Shown here in pieces: positions 9,103-18,586 of a stretch of 64,000 nucleotides of DNA (positions within the stretch are counted from its first letter, which is position 1; each line of letters starts with the position of its first letter). The stretch comes from an uncultured Chloroflexota bacterium (lineage in GTDB: Bacteria; Chloroflexota; UBA11872; VXNJ01). The notes beneath the pieces are model-generated. The model saw only the letters and a list, made by a program, of their open reading frames with translations, had not been told where the DNA came from and made no database searches. The DNA lies in assembly GCA_913043205.1 (NCBI GenBank), contig CAJWLF010000012.1, positions 7,101 to 71,100 of the forward strand. Direction: 5' to 3'. Position numbers and translations under genes: made by a program.

Positions 9103-10530
9103 TTGGTGGCTAAGATGACGCTGGTAGATAGCGATGTGATTTCTCGGGTTGAAATAGAACTCAAGAAAATTATGGACCCTGAATTTGTACTTACTGGTCA
9201 TGAAACCATTCTCTACGAGTACGATGGATCAGTGGAGAGAGCTAGACCCGATGTGGTCGTAGTGCCCAGTTCCACCCAAGAAGTGATGTCGATAATGCAA
9301 ATAGCAGCTCGCTATTCTGTTCCGGTCGTTGCGAGGGGGGCAGGAACTAGCCTTAGTGGTGGGGCGATACCGCTTCAGCGTGGGATAGTTTTATCAACGA
9401 CGCGCATGAACAAGATAATTGATGTAGATCTGCGAAATCGACGTGCCGTAGTGCAGCCGGGCGTTATAAATCTAGATGTTTCCGCTGAAGTGAACCCTCA
9501 AGGATTTCAGTATACGCCCGATCCTTCGAGCCAAAAAGCGAGCACGATAGGTGGAAATGTTGCAACTAATGCGGGCGGGCCACATACTCTGGCCTATGGG
9601 GTGACCACCAACCATGTTCTCGGTCTTGAGTTTGTTACGGGGGATGGTCGTTTGGTTAAAATCGGTGGGATATCGCGGGATGTACCAGGGTACGATTTGG
9701 TTGGGTTGATGGTAGGTTCGGAAGGGACTTTAGGTGTTGTAACGGCAATCACAGTAAATTTGATGCGCATTCCTGAGTCGGTCAGGACAATGTTGGCTGT
9801 ATTTGACTCTGTTGATCGAGCCACTCAAACAGTATCTAGGATAATTGCTGAAGGGATCATCCCGGCGGCGATGGAATTGATGGATCAAGGATGTACCCGA
9901 GCAGTGTCCAGTTGGATGCCGGAAGTCAATTTACCGACTGATGCCGGCGCTGTGCTGATTTTGGAGGTTGAAGGAGTTGAGGCTGGGTTAGATGAGGATG
10001 CAGAAAGAATTGTTCAGATTTGCAATGACAGTGAAGCCAACGAGGTGCGGCTTGCTAATTCTGACTTAGAGCGCGGAGAATTGTGGGCGGCGCGAAAGGG
10101 AGCTTTTGGGGCGATTGGCGTTTTGTCTCCAAACTACTATGTACAGGATGGAGTCGTGCCACGCACGCGATTAGCGGAAGTACAGCGGCGTGTAAATGAG
10201 ATAGGGCGTGGACGCGGATTGCAGATAGTCAATGTTTTTCATGCCGGAGATGGCAATATTCATCCGATCATATTGTTCGATTCTAATGAACAGGGGGCTT
10301 TGGATAATGTGATGGAGGCAGGAGAGGAAATACTTGATGTTTGTATAGAAGCTGGAGGCACTTTAACTGGGGAACATGGGTTGGGAATGGAGAAGAACAA
10401 GCAGCTTCCCCGACTACTTTCACGATCGGATATCGATGCTATGTTGGCTATAAAGGATATATTCAGTCCCAACGGTCTGCTGAACCCTCAGAAGGTATTT
10501 CCGCCTGGCATGTCGTGCCGGTTGTTCTGA
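9103..10530 (+). CDS. glcD: Glycolate oxidase subunit GlcD (FAD-linked oxidase)
   Basis: VVARGAGTSLSGGAIP and the C-terminal GTLTGEHGLG motif. The true start may be the ATG at 9115. Confidence 0.85.
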   Translation: MVAKMTLVDSDVISRVEIELKKIMDPEFVLTGHETILYEYDGSVERARPDVVVVPSSTQEVMSIMQIAARYSVPVVARGAGTSLSGGAIPLQRGIVLSTTRMNKIIDVDLRNRRAVVQPGVINLDVSAEVNPQGFQYTPDPSSQKASTIGGNVATNAGGPHTLAYGVTTNHVLGLEFVTGDGRLVKIGGISRDVPGYDLVGLMVGSEGTLGVVTAITVNLMRIPESVRTMLAVFDSVDRATQTVSRIIAEGIIPAAMELMDQGCTRAVSSWMPEVNLPTDAGAVLILEVEGVEAGLDEDAERIVQICNDSEANEVRLANSDLERGELWAARKGAFGAIGVLSPNYYVQDGVVPRTRLAEVQRRVNEIGRGRGLQIVNVFHAGDGNIHPIILFDSNEQGALDNVMEAGEEILDVCIEAGGTLTGEHGLGMEKNKQLPRLLSRSDIDAMLAIKDIFSPNGLLNPQKVFPPGMSCRLF

Positions 10531-10623
10531 GCTATATTTGGGACTGGTTTAATTATTTTGGATTGACACGCTGTTTGCGGTGTAATGCTGAAGCCAAAGT
10601 TGGGCAACCTGTCTATTGAGGGG

Positions 10624-11226
10624 TTACTTTTGATGATTTTTTAGAGCTGCCTCGTATTCGTTAGGAGTATTGAAATGTGGAGGTATTTCCGGGTCTGGGA
10701 TGTCTACTAGGATCGCAGTGTGCTTAAATCGATCTATTAGCCGGCGTAGGCCTAATGAATCTTCTGTTAGAGAAGTTAATTCATCATACAGATGAGCTCG
10801 TATTAAGGGTGGATGAGAGATGGCTTCACGATACTTAGGCAGGACTAAAGCTGAGTTGGGGTTCTGATTTCCAGCATTGATCAAGCGATTAATCAATACA
10901 CTTGAAAGTGGCTGGTCTACATTAACAATTATTACTTGCTTACTATCACTGGCTGATACCTCTCTAACTCCCAGTTTGATTGAGTGTGATCGACCCATTT
11001 GGGGATTAGGGTTTGATTTGAATTTTACACCTGGGAAGTGTGGAAGAGCTGACAGTATATTCCTTTCGTCGCGACCAAGAACCACGATGATCGGATCAAT
11101 TTTGCACGTCATCAAGGTGCACAGTTGGTGTTCCAACAATGGCCGGTCAGCCCATGGTAACAAGGATTTGGGTTTGCCCATTCTGGATGAATTTCCGGCG
11201 GCCAAAATGATTGCTGCTGTTTCCAT
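10624..11226 (-). CDS. MobA-like NTP transferase (molybdenum cofactor cytidylyl/guanylyl-transferase family)
   Basis: AIILAAGNSSRMGKPKSLLPW N-terminal nucleotide-binding motif. Confidence 0.7.
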   Translation of the reverse strand: METAAIILAAGNSSRMGKPKSLLPWADRPLLEHQLCTLMTCKIDPIIVVLGRDERNILSALPHFPGVKFKSNPNPQMGRSHSIKLGVREVSASDSKQVIIVNVDQPLSSVLINRLINAGNQNPNSALVLPKYREAISHPPLIRAHLYDELTSLTEDSLGLRRLIDRFKHTAILVDIPDPEIPPHFNTPNEYEAALKNHQK

Positions 11227-11329
11227 GAGCTCCCAAATTAATTATAGTTCGTGATGATGCTGTACGGTGGAGTTTAATAGGCTTAAGTTGAACTTTGCTA
11301 GTTGGGTTATTTCTTTGTTGAAGTCAAGT

Positions 11330-12499
11330 TTATCGGTACCCGAATGATTTGAGGCCGTGACCGCTGGACACTATGACGGTCAGGTCGTTTTTAGAAATCA
11401 CTCCGTTCTTTGCGAGGTGCTTTAGCCCTGCGAATGCTACTGATGCTGAAGGTTCTAAATACACTCCTTCCATGCTAGAAATTTCAGAACTAGCCTTCAT
11501 AATCTCATCCTCCTTTACGGATATTGCAACCCCTTGGGATCCGTATATGGCAGCCAATACTTCTGGCCCTCGTTTAGGTGAGCTGACAGACAACCCTGTT
11601 GCTATCGAGTCTCTAGGATTTACTGTAGCTGGTAATGTGCTTCTAGATTTGTAGGCGGTTACAATCGGAGCGCATGCTTTGGACTGGATACAGTGTAGGC
11701 GCGGCATTGGTTGTGCGGACCTTCCTGTGTTTATGAGCATGTTAGCTGCCGCATATGATCCTAGGATCAGGCTGCCGTTTCCAACGGGACATATTAAATG
11801 GTCTGGCATTTCACCTAATTGCATATGGAGTTCAAGTAGAAAGCTGGCCATTCCTGAAACAAATAATGGATGCAGCGCATGGGAAGCATAATGAGACTGG
11901 GAGCTGAGAACCTGTTGTAAGGCTGCATCGGCAGCTGTTTTACGCCCTCCTTTCACTTCTACAAGATTTGCCCCGTAGGATCTAATTTGATCCGCTTTTG
12001 CATTTGAGGTTGATTGCGGTGCGAATATTGTCGTCTTTATGCTTGCTCGTGCGGCGTAAGCTGCGAGCGAGGCACCTGCATTTCCAGAGGAGTCTTCAAT
12101 TACATAATTATGGCCATAATGGTTTATCCAAGACAGCATTACTGCAGCTCCTCTGTCTTTAAAGGAGCCTGTTGGTTGAACGGATTCTAATTTAGTTATT
12201 AGGCCTGGCAATTGGATTTTGCCTCCCCATTTTGTGAGCTCAAGAATAGGGGTAGTCTGTTCCCCCAGCGTGATTTGAACGGGTGAATTCTCTATAAACC
12301 CTGGGTATAAGTCGCGATACTTCCAAACTCCACTATTTGAGCTGGCGTGGATGTCTAAATCTTTAACAGGGTTAACTAGATAGCCATCTACAGGCTTTAG
12401 GGCCGCATTACATCGGTTGCATGTGATGGTATCTGGAAGATTGAGGTGGTGGTGATTACAAACTGTACAAATAGTTTCTATATTGCTTGCAGACATCAA
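11330..12499 (-). CDS. thrC: Threonine synthase-family PLP enzyme with N-terminal zinc ribbon
   Basis: CTVC...CNRC ribbon, PLP-lysine motif PTGSFKDRGA and DSSGNAG. The start abuts the proS stop. Confidence 0.75.
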   Translation of the reverse strand: MMSASNIETICTVCNHHHLNLPDTITCNRCNAALKPVDGYLVNPVKDLDIHASSNSGVWKYRDLYPGFIENSPVQITLGEQTTPILELTKWGGKIQLPGLITKLESVQPTGSFKDRGAAVMLSWINHYGHNYVIEDSSGNAGASLAAYAARASIKTTIFAPQSTSNAKADQIRSYGANLVEVKGGRKTAADAALQQVLSSQSHYASHALHPLFVSGMASFLLELHMQLGEMPDHLICPVGNGSLILGSYAAANMLINTGRSAQPMPRLHCIQSKACAPIVTAYKSRSTLPATVNPRDSIATGLSVSSPKRGPEVLAAIYGSQGVAISVKEDEIMKASSEISSMEGVYLEPSASVAFAGLKHLAKNGVISKNDLTVIVSSGHGLKSFGYR

Positions 12500-14266
12500 T
12501 TATGAGAATTGAGCTATTGCATCAGATGCCGCATCCCAAAGTGGTACTTCAGGATCCAATTTGGCAATAAGTCTGGAATGCAAATTCTGAATATGGTGTG
12601 ATGCGGCTGACAATGCAACGTGCTCAGGCTCATCTGAGTGTCTTAATTTTAGTTCGATTTGATCTAGTTTTAGATTGCGGGTGCTGATAGTGGCTCGGAT
12701 GGGTATGCCGATCAAATCAGAATCTTTGAATTTTACCCCGGCAGACTCGGCACGATCATCACGTAATACTGTGAGACCATCCGATTCCAGTTGGGTGTGG
12801 AGTTGCTCTGCGGCTGCTACGATTTCTGGCTGTTGACCTATTTGCACAATGTGGACGTCGTACGGACTTATTGTGGCAGGGAAAATGATGCCATTCTGGT
12901 CGTGGTGTCGTTCTATTACTGATGCCAATAATCGGCCTACGCCGATGCCGTAACTTGCCATCACAACGGGTTGTTGGTTTCCGTCAGCGTCTAGATAATA
13001 CGCTCCAGCTTTTTCGCAGTAACTTGGCCCCAAATTAAAAATGTTACCTAGTTCAATTCCGCGGCATGCATGCATGAGGTGGCCGCATCGAGGGCAAGGG
13101 TCCCCACTTTTGACAGAAGATATGTCTGCGACTGTATCAGCTATAAAATCGCGGCCGTAATTTAGGTTTTTGAGATGGAAGCCATGTTTATTTGCTCCAC
13201 CGACTAAATTGATGGTTGTGGTTGCCGATATATCGGCAACCACAAAGATATCATCTAGCCCTACTGGGGAAGCGTAACCTGCAATAATATCGGCGCTGGC
13301 TAAATCTTTTTTTGAGGCCGGTTCTGGGGTGCATTTGAGTATTTTAGCAAGCTTCGTCTCATTGACCTCCAAATCCCCCCTAATTGCGACCAAAATTAAG
13401 CGATCTTTTGTTTTGTAGAATACTGATTTTAATGTCTGGCAATTGGTAATGTTGAGGAATTTTGCAACCTCATCTATGGATTGATGGTTAGGTGTCGCTA
13501 CTTCCTCCAGTATGTTGATCTGGTCTTGAGCAGGATTTGACGTTTCTGCCTTACGTGTCGCGACTTCTAAGTTAGCGGCATAATCTCCATTTGGACAAAC
13601 CAGCACAGTGTCTTCGCCGGTTGGCGTTGCTAAGATAAATTCGTGGGCTATGGTTCCACCCATCATGCCTGAATCAGATTCTACGGCAAGGGTTTCAATC
13701 CCACATTTGCGAAAACTGCGAATGTAAGCCTCATACATAGGCTTATAAAATTCATCGACGTTTTCTGACTGAGTGTGAAGACTGTATGCGTCTTTCATTA
13801 CAAATTCCCTGACTCGAATTAGTCCTCCCCGGGAGCGCGGTTCATCTCGAAACTTTGTTTGTATTTGATAAACCATGACCGGCAAGTCCCGGTAAGATTT
13901 TACGTGTTGACAGACTAAGGTTGCTACGATTTCTTCATGGGTCATTGCTAGTACCATGTCGTGATTCTGTCGATCTTTGAATCGCACCATTTCTTCTCCT
14001 ACCGACGACCATCTTCCACTTGCTTTCCAAGCATCGGCAGGATGAATGACTGGCATGCTTATGCGCTGACCTCCTATAGCCTCTAGTTCATTGGCAAGGA
14101 TTCGCTCGATTTTCTCAAGTGCCCGCCATGCCAGGGGTAGGTAACTGTATATTCCTGAACCGAGTTGCTGAATCATTCCGGCCCGAACTAGTAGAGAATG
14201 GCTCGGCGTACTGGCGTCTGATGGAGCATCTCGTAGGGTATGCCCGAAGAGCGTTGACATCAACAT
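12500..14266 (-). CDS. proS: Proline--tRNA ligase (bacterial type with editing insertion)
   Basis: N-terminal TLRDAPSDA...SHSLLVRAGMIQQLGSGIYSYLPL, class II motifs, 588 aa length. Confidence 0.95.
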   Translation of the reverse strand: MLMSTLFGHTLRDAPSDASTPSHSLLVRAGMIQQLGSGIYSYLPLAWRALEKIERILANELEAIGGQRISMPVIHPADAWKASGRWSSVGEEMVRFKDRQNHDMVLAMTHEEIVATLVCQHVKSYRDLPVMVYQIQTKFRDEPRSRGGLIRVREFVMKDAYSLHTQSENVDEFYKPMYEAYIRSFRKCGIETLAVESDSGMMGGTIAHEFILATPTGEDTVLVCPNGDYAANLEVATRKAETSNPAQDQINILEEVATPNHQSIDEVAKFLNITNCQTLKSVFYKTKDRLILVAIRGDLEVNETKLAKILKCTPEPASKKDLASADIIAGYASPVGLDDIFVVADISATTTINLVGGANKHGFHLKNLNYGRDFIADTVADISSVKSGDPCPRCGHLMHACRGIELGNIFNLGPSYCEKAGAYYLDADGNQQPVVMASYGIGVGRLLASVIERHHDQNGIIFPATISPYDVHIVQIGQQPEIVAAAEQLHTQLESDGLTVLRDDRAESAGVKFKDSDLIGIPIRATISTRNLKLDQIELKLRHSDEPEHVALSAASHHIQNLHSRLIAKLDPEVPLWDAASDAIAQFS

Positions 14267-14372
14267 TCAGAATTACTTTCATGAGTTGGTGTTGAACTTA
14301 ACATTTCAGATTATAAGAGCCATCGGGATACTTCGTTGGTTTTCTCAAAAAGCCAGGACGCATGAGACGATG

Positions 14373-15077
14373 TTATATGTGGTATTCGGGAGGGATTTCC
14401 GACGAACTTAAGGGCATGTCGTATACGCGCTTACTTCCCTTGACTAGATATTTCGCTGCCGATCCTATGATAACTGAGTTGGCGGGAACGTCTTCTAATA
14501 CTAATGACATCGCTCCTATTTTGGTGTCGTTGCCTATGTTGATTGGCCCCAGTAATGTAGCACCGGTTCCTATAGTGACATTGTTCCCAATTATGGGGTG
14601 TCTGCGTTTGCCGGGGTTTTTCATATCTTTCCACCAGCCGGATGCCCCCAACGTTACTTGGTGATAAAGCATGACATCGTCACCTATTTCAGTAGTTTCA
14701 CCAATGACGACTCCAGAGCCATGATCTATGAAAAACCGACGCCCGATTTTAGCTCCGGGGTGAATCTCAATCCCTCCTGTGATTACCCGACTGAATTGTG
14801 AGATCAATCTTGGAATGATAGGGACGTTTCGCTTATAGAGCCAATGGGCGGCTCTGTGAAGTAATATAGCGTGTAGACCCTGGTATAGCAGTACTTCAAA
14901 TATATTTGTTGCGGCTGGATCTTTATCAAAAAACACTTGTATGCACTCTGGCCATGCAAATCTATGGGGTTGAGGCTGACTGGTTACGTCGGACGGAGCC
15001 TTGGTTATATTTTCCGTCCCTGATTCAAGGAGGACGGAAGATGGCTTAATAGGTGGTTTTTGGTCGGTTGTACCCAT
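14373..15077 (-). CDS. cysE: Serine O-acetyltransferase
   Basis: [18 protein letters not shown] plus hexapeptide repeats ([28 protein letters not shown]...). About 45 aa of low-complexity N-terminal extension. An internal GTG (V in IQVFFDKD) is an alternative start. Confidence 0.85.
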   Translation of the reverse strand: MGTTDQKPPIKPSSVLLESGTENITKAPSDVTSQPQPHRFAWPECIQVFFDKDPAATNIFEVLLYQGLHAILLHRAAHWLYKRNVPIIPRLISQFSRVITGGIEIHPGAKIGRRFFIDHGSGVVIGETTEIGDDVMLYHQVTLGASGWWKDMKNPGKRRHPIIGNNVTIGTGATLLGPINIGNDTKIGAMSLVLEDVPANSVIIGSAAKYLVKGSKRVYDMPLSSSEIPPEYHI

Positions 15078-15278
15078 CTGCTCTCCGCTAAAATTGAGTT
15101 GGCATTATTCGCCTGCCAGATCTTGAACGACGTTACGTCCGTTTTACAATACATACGATTGGTGTATATCCGTGGAAGGGTAGATTGTCAAGATACTTGA
15201 CTGATGGTTTGGCTATAAATTTGTTTCGCATATTATGTGTTGGCCTATTGACTCTTAGGACTAGATTGGTGTTTCAGG

Positions 15279-15974
15279 ATGTCGCTTAATGATGCATTTC
15301 GGAAAGTAGAAGCTGGGAAACAATCAGCTTGGGCATTGTTCGAACCTGTGATCTGTATGGGCCTACAAATTGAGGGATTCTCTGACGCAATTGGTGCACC
15401 AATATTTGGGTATTATCGAAAATCAGAAAGTTCGCGTAGCGCTCGAATAGCAGCTGGTGTTTTGACGTCTTGTGTTTTTGCTTACTGTTTGGGTTCGCGT
15501 ATTGAATCATTGAATGCTGAAAACGATGCTGAAGTTTCTTGTGATCTAAGCGGATTCGTTCTAAACGTTGCAAGTGCGATTGAACTTCTGTCTGACTGGT
15601 TGGATGACGTTCTTGAAGTGCCTAAATCTCGTGGTGTTCGGCGCAATCTTTGGTCTAGTGAGATGCAATCAAGGTTTGCATTAATCGACGTTGATTCTGC
15701 AAGAAAAATAGCAGAAAGGGAAGATTGGCTCAGGGAGTTGGCGGATTTGTCGAATCGCGCTAGATATGAGGGAAGTCATTTATGGCAACGTATAGATGAT
15801 GAAATAGCTTGTGTCTTTAGATCTGGGCACGGTGATATAAACGAGGAGCCTGGGAAACATTTGGTTCACAGATACCTGACAGATATGTCAACAACTATCG
15901 CTGCAGGATTTAAACTAGGATCTTCCAGGCTAAATAATCCTCGCAAAACATCAGCGAATGTCGATTGGGAGTGA
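15279..15974 (+). CDS. Hypothetical protein (231 aa), no recognisable domain
   Basis: Long ORF with no competing gene. No motif recognised. Confidence 0.4.
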   Translation: MSLNDAFRKVEAGKQSAWALFEPVICMGLQIEGFSDAIGAPIFGYYRKSESSRSARIAAGVLTSCVFAYCLGSRIESLNAENDAEVSCDLSGFVLNVASAIELLSDWLDDVLEVPKSRGVRRNLWSSEMQSRFALIDVDSARKIAEREDWLRELADLSNRARYEGSHLWQRIDDEIACVFRSGHGDINEEPGKHLVHRYLTDMSTTIAAGFKLGSSRLNNPRKTSANVDWE

Positions 15975-16117
15975 TCTTTTCAATTTAGATAAAGATTTTC
16001 TTTCTAACCTTCACCTAGTCAGGTAGACTCGGGGCTTGGACGAGGCATAAACTCTGTTGCTTCTAGGAGAGGAATGCCCGATATGCGAATTTTATTTTTG
16101 TTGGGCGAGGTAATTCT

Positions 16118-16471
16118 GTGTCTACTACGCTGATCGAAGAAATTAATAATGAAGCCCTAAAAACAGACATCCCCAACTTCTCCTCAGGGGATACCGTCAG
16201 GGTTCATGTGAAAGTTCGGGAAGGTGATAGGGAACGTATCCAGGTGTTTGAAGGAATAGTCATCAAGCGACGTGGTAGTGGCATACGAGAGACGTATACA
16301 GTGAGACGTGTTTCTCATGGCGTTGGTGTGGAGCGTTGTTTCCAATTGCACTCGCCGTTTGTAGAAAACATTGAAGTCATCAGGCAGGGTCGGACCCGTA
16401 GATCAAAGTTGTATTATCTGCGTGGGCGACAGGGCAGGGCGGCCCGTGTTAGGGAGAGGTCTCGTAGCTGA
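16118..16471 (+). CDS. rplS: 50S ribosomal protein L19
   Basis: [47 protein letters not shown] start. Confidence 0.95.
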   Translation: MSTTLIEEINNEALKTDIPNFSSGDTVRVHVKVREGDRERIQVFEGIVIKRRGSGIRETYTVRRVSHGVGVERCFQLHSPFVENIEVIRQGRTRRSKLYYLRGRQGRAARVRERSRS

Positions 16472-16479
16472 GTTCCTAT

Positions 16480-17133
16480 ATGGCGAGTAATGAGCGTGCG
16501 GCAATACCGCGGCTTAGTGTGGAAGCGAAATTTATTAGAGATGGGGCAATCACTATTGCTGGTGTAGATGAGGTTGGACGTGGTAGTTGGGCAGGCCCAT
16601 TGTTTGCGTCCGCAGTTATGCTGGACATTAGTGTTTTAAGAAATCGAAGGCGTCTGCGTGAAGTGACCGATTCTAAACGTCTTACTCCAAGAACTCGAGA
16701 ACGCTTATTTGATGATATTTATGCAGAGGCGCTTTCAGTTGCGGTGGCTAGTGCTTCCGTAGCGGAGATAGACGCTATGGGGATAGTGCAGGCGACAATG
16801 TGTGCAATGAGGCGGGCTGTTGGCGGGTTAAACCAAGTGTCAGATGTATTATTAGTTGACTATCTGAGCTTGGAGCCAGTTTCTAGCGGGCAGCGCGTGT
16901 TTAGTTTATCGAAGGCGGATTCCCGTTGTTTGTCTGTAGCCTCGGCTTCGATTTGTGCCAAAGTAATCAGGGACCGTTATATGACAACGCTGTCTTCCAA
17001 ATATCCAGAGTATGGTTTTGACAAAAATGCTGGGTACGGTACGGCACAGCATAAAAAGGCAATACTGAGGCATGGACCCTGCTCCGCGCATAGAATCAGC
17101 TTTAAGCCAATAAACTCAGCCAAGAGAGCATAG
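16480..17133 (+). CDS. rnhB: Ribonuclease HII
   Basis: GVDEVGRGSWAGPLFASAV and DSKRLT motifs. Follows rplS. Confidence 0.9.
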   Translation: MASNERAAIPRLSVEAKFIRDGAITIAGVDEVGRGSWAGPLFASAVMLDISVLRNRRRLREVTDSKRLTPRTRERLFDDIYAEALSVAVASASVAEIDAMGIVQATMCAMRRAVGGLNQVSDVLLVDYLSLEPVSSGQRVFSLSKADSRCLSVASASICAKVIRDRYMTTLSSKYPEYGFDKNAGYGTAQHKKAILRHGPCSAHRISFKPINSAKRA

Positions 17134-17166
17134 TCAATCGATGTTCGAATTCTGGAGCTATACTGT

Positions 17167-17754
17167 ATGAGTGAAATGTTGCACGACCTTGTTTCGTGGG
17201 TTTTGGCGTGGGGTGAGTCTCCATTTGGGGCCTTGGCTCTATTTATTCTGGCGTTTTGGGAGTCTAGTTTTTTCCCTGTGCCTCCCGATGGGCTAATGAT
17301 TGTATTGATGGCAGGCAACCCGGGATTTGTATTCGCATTTGCCGGATTGGCAACGGTAGGTTCCATCATGGGAGCTGGATTAGGCTATGCGATTGGGCTG
17401 AAGGGAGGTAGGCCTGTACTCACAAAACTTTTTAGTGAGTCACGTGTTGAGTATGTGGAAAGGCAATATCAAAGTCGTGATGTATGGGCTGTAAGCATTG
17501 CCGCATTCACACCGATACCATACAAAGTGTTTGCTATAGGAGCTGGTGTTTGCCGATTGAATTTCAGGCGATTTTTGCTTGCTTCTTTGATTGGGCGGGG
17601 CGGTAGATTCTTTTCGGTCGCAATTATGGTGACTGTGTTTGGACAACAGATACAACATGCTATTGAAAACTATCTGAATGTCCTAAGCATTCTGTTCATT
17701 GTAGTTCTGATAATGGGATTTTTGATTATTAGATTTGCAATACGTCGCAATTAA
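17167..17754 (+). CDS. DedA/YqaA (SNARE-associated) family membrane protein
   Basis: FWESSFFPVPPDGLMI motif and multiple TM segments. Confidence 0.7.
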   Translation: MSEMLHDLVSWVLAWGESPFGALALFILAFWESSFFPVPPDGLMIVLMAGNPGFVFAFAGLATVGSIMGAGLGYAIGLKGGRPVLTKLFSESRVEYVERQYQSRDVWAVSIAAFTPIPYKVFAIGAGVCRLNFRRFLLASLIGRGGRFFSVAIMVTVFGQQIQHAIENYLNVLSILFIVVLIMGFLIIRFAIRRN

Positions 17755-17817
17755 AAACAATATATGGGCGTATGAGCAACGGTTAATCTTAGCGAAGATA
17801 TAGTTGAGTAAAGTTCT

Positions 17818-17845
17818 GATGGCTGATGGCTGATGGCTGATGGCT
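17818..17845. repeat. Perfect heptanucleotide tandem repeat (GATGGCT) x4
   Basis: Read directly: gatggct gatggct gatggct gatggct, followed by ga. It ends 20 nt upstream of the ATG at 17865. Confidence 0.95.
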
Positions 17846-17864
17846 GAAATGAAGATGTTGAACA

Positions 17865-18569
17865 ATGATTTCGGGTAAGAAACTGCTTGAAATTGAGGTT
17901 GAAACTCTGTTTTCTCATGTAACTCGTTCTGGGTTGGACCTTATGATAGCCACGAATGAGCATGTTCCTGCCGTTGCTCCGAGATTTTTTCTGGGTCGGA
18001 CTTTTGATGGGGTAGTTTGGCGGATACGACAGGATGTTGATCCGATAATTGTGAATCGATTATCCGAGTTAGCAGTCAGCGAGAATACGGAAGGAAGATT
18101 TAATAAACCTCCTGTCCATCATTTGGAATACCAAGAGTTATTGGCTGTTGATGGTGGCTTGGAAATTCAATCGGGACCTGCCTATCGATTGAATGCTGTC
18201 GGGAATTCAAAAATGGAAACCATAGCTGTCGGTTGGGAATCGGCCGATGTGATAGAGGGGCAATTTGCTGGGTTAAAGGACAAGATTAATTTTGATCAGC
18301 CTTGCCGAATAGTGAAAGTTGATGGGAAAGTTGTATCTATTTGTTATTGTGAACGATGGGGGGATAGAGGGGCTGAGGCAGGAGTTGCAACTTTGGTCGA
18401 ACATCGTCGTAACGGCTATGCAACTGCTGTCGTATCAGATTGGGCATGTGATGTGGCCGATCGAGAGAAAGAGGCTTTTTACAGTACAACCTGGAAGAAT
18501 GCCCCGTCCCAAGAAGTGGTACGCAATTTATCTGCAGATCCCTACGCTGTGCTAATCAATTACCTCTAG
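17865..18569 (+). CDS. Protein with C-terminal GNAT acetyltransferase domain
   Basis: VATLVEHRRNGYATAVVSDW resembles the GNAT acetyl-CoA-binding motif A. The N-terminal half is unassigned. Confidence 0.5.
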   Translation: MISGKKLLEIEVETLFSHVTRSGLDLMIATNEHVPAVAPRFFLGRTFDGVVWRIRQDVDPIIVNRLSELAVSENTEGRFNKPPVHHLEYQELLAVDGGLEIQSGPAYRLNAVGNSKMETIAVGWESADVIEGQFAGLKDKINFDQPCRIVKVDGKVVSICYCERWGDRGAEAGVATLVEHRRNGYATAVVSDWACDVADREKEAFYSTTWKNAPSQEVVRNLSADPYAVLINYL

Positions 18570-18586
18570 CAATTAGCACTAAAGAA

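Noticed and set aside
4817-10530. glcEF and glcD separated and oppositely oriented around panC and the Lon-N-domain gene
   Set aside because: This is unusual relative to the E. coli glcDEF operon, but it is a simple rearrangement with all three subunits intact and is not indicative of a new system.
16000-16117. Possible L19 autoregulatory leader upstream of rplS
   Set aside because: I could not draw the conserved structure with confidence from sequence alone, so no feature is claimed.
17818-17845. Considered whether the repeat could be a degenerate CRISPR or a coding repeat
   Set aside because: The units are 7 bp with no spacers. The two minus-strand ORFs spanning it (17683-17865, 17751-17963) have no RBS or motifs and simply translate the repeat (SAISHQPSAI).
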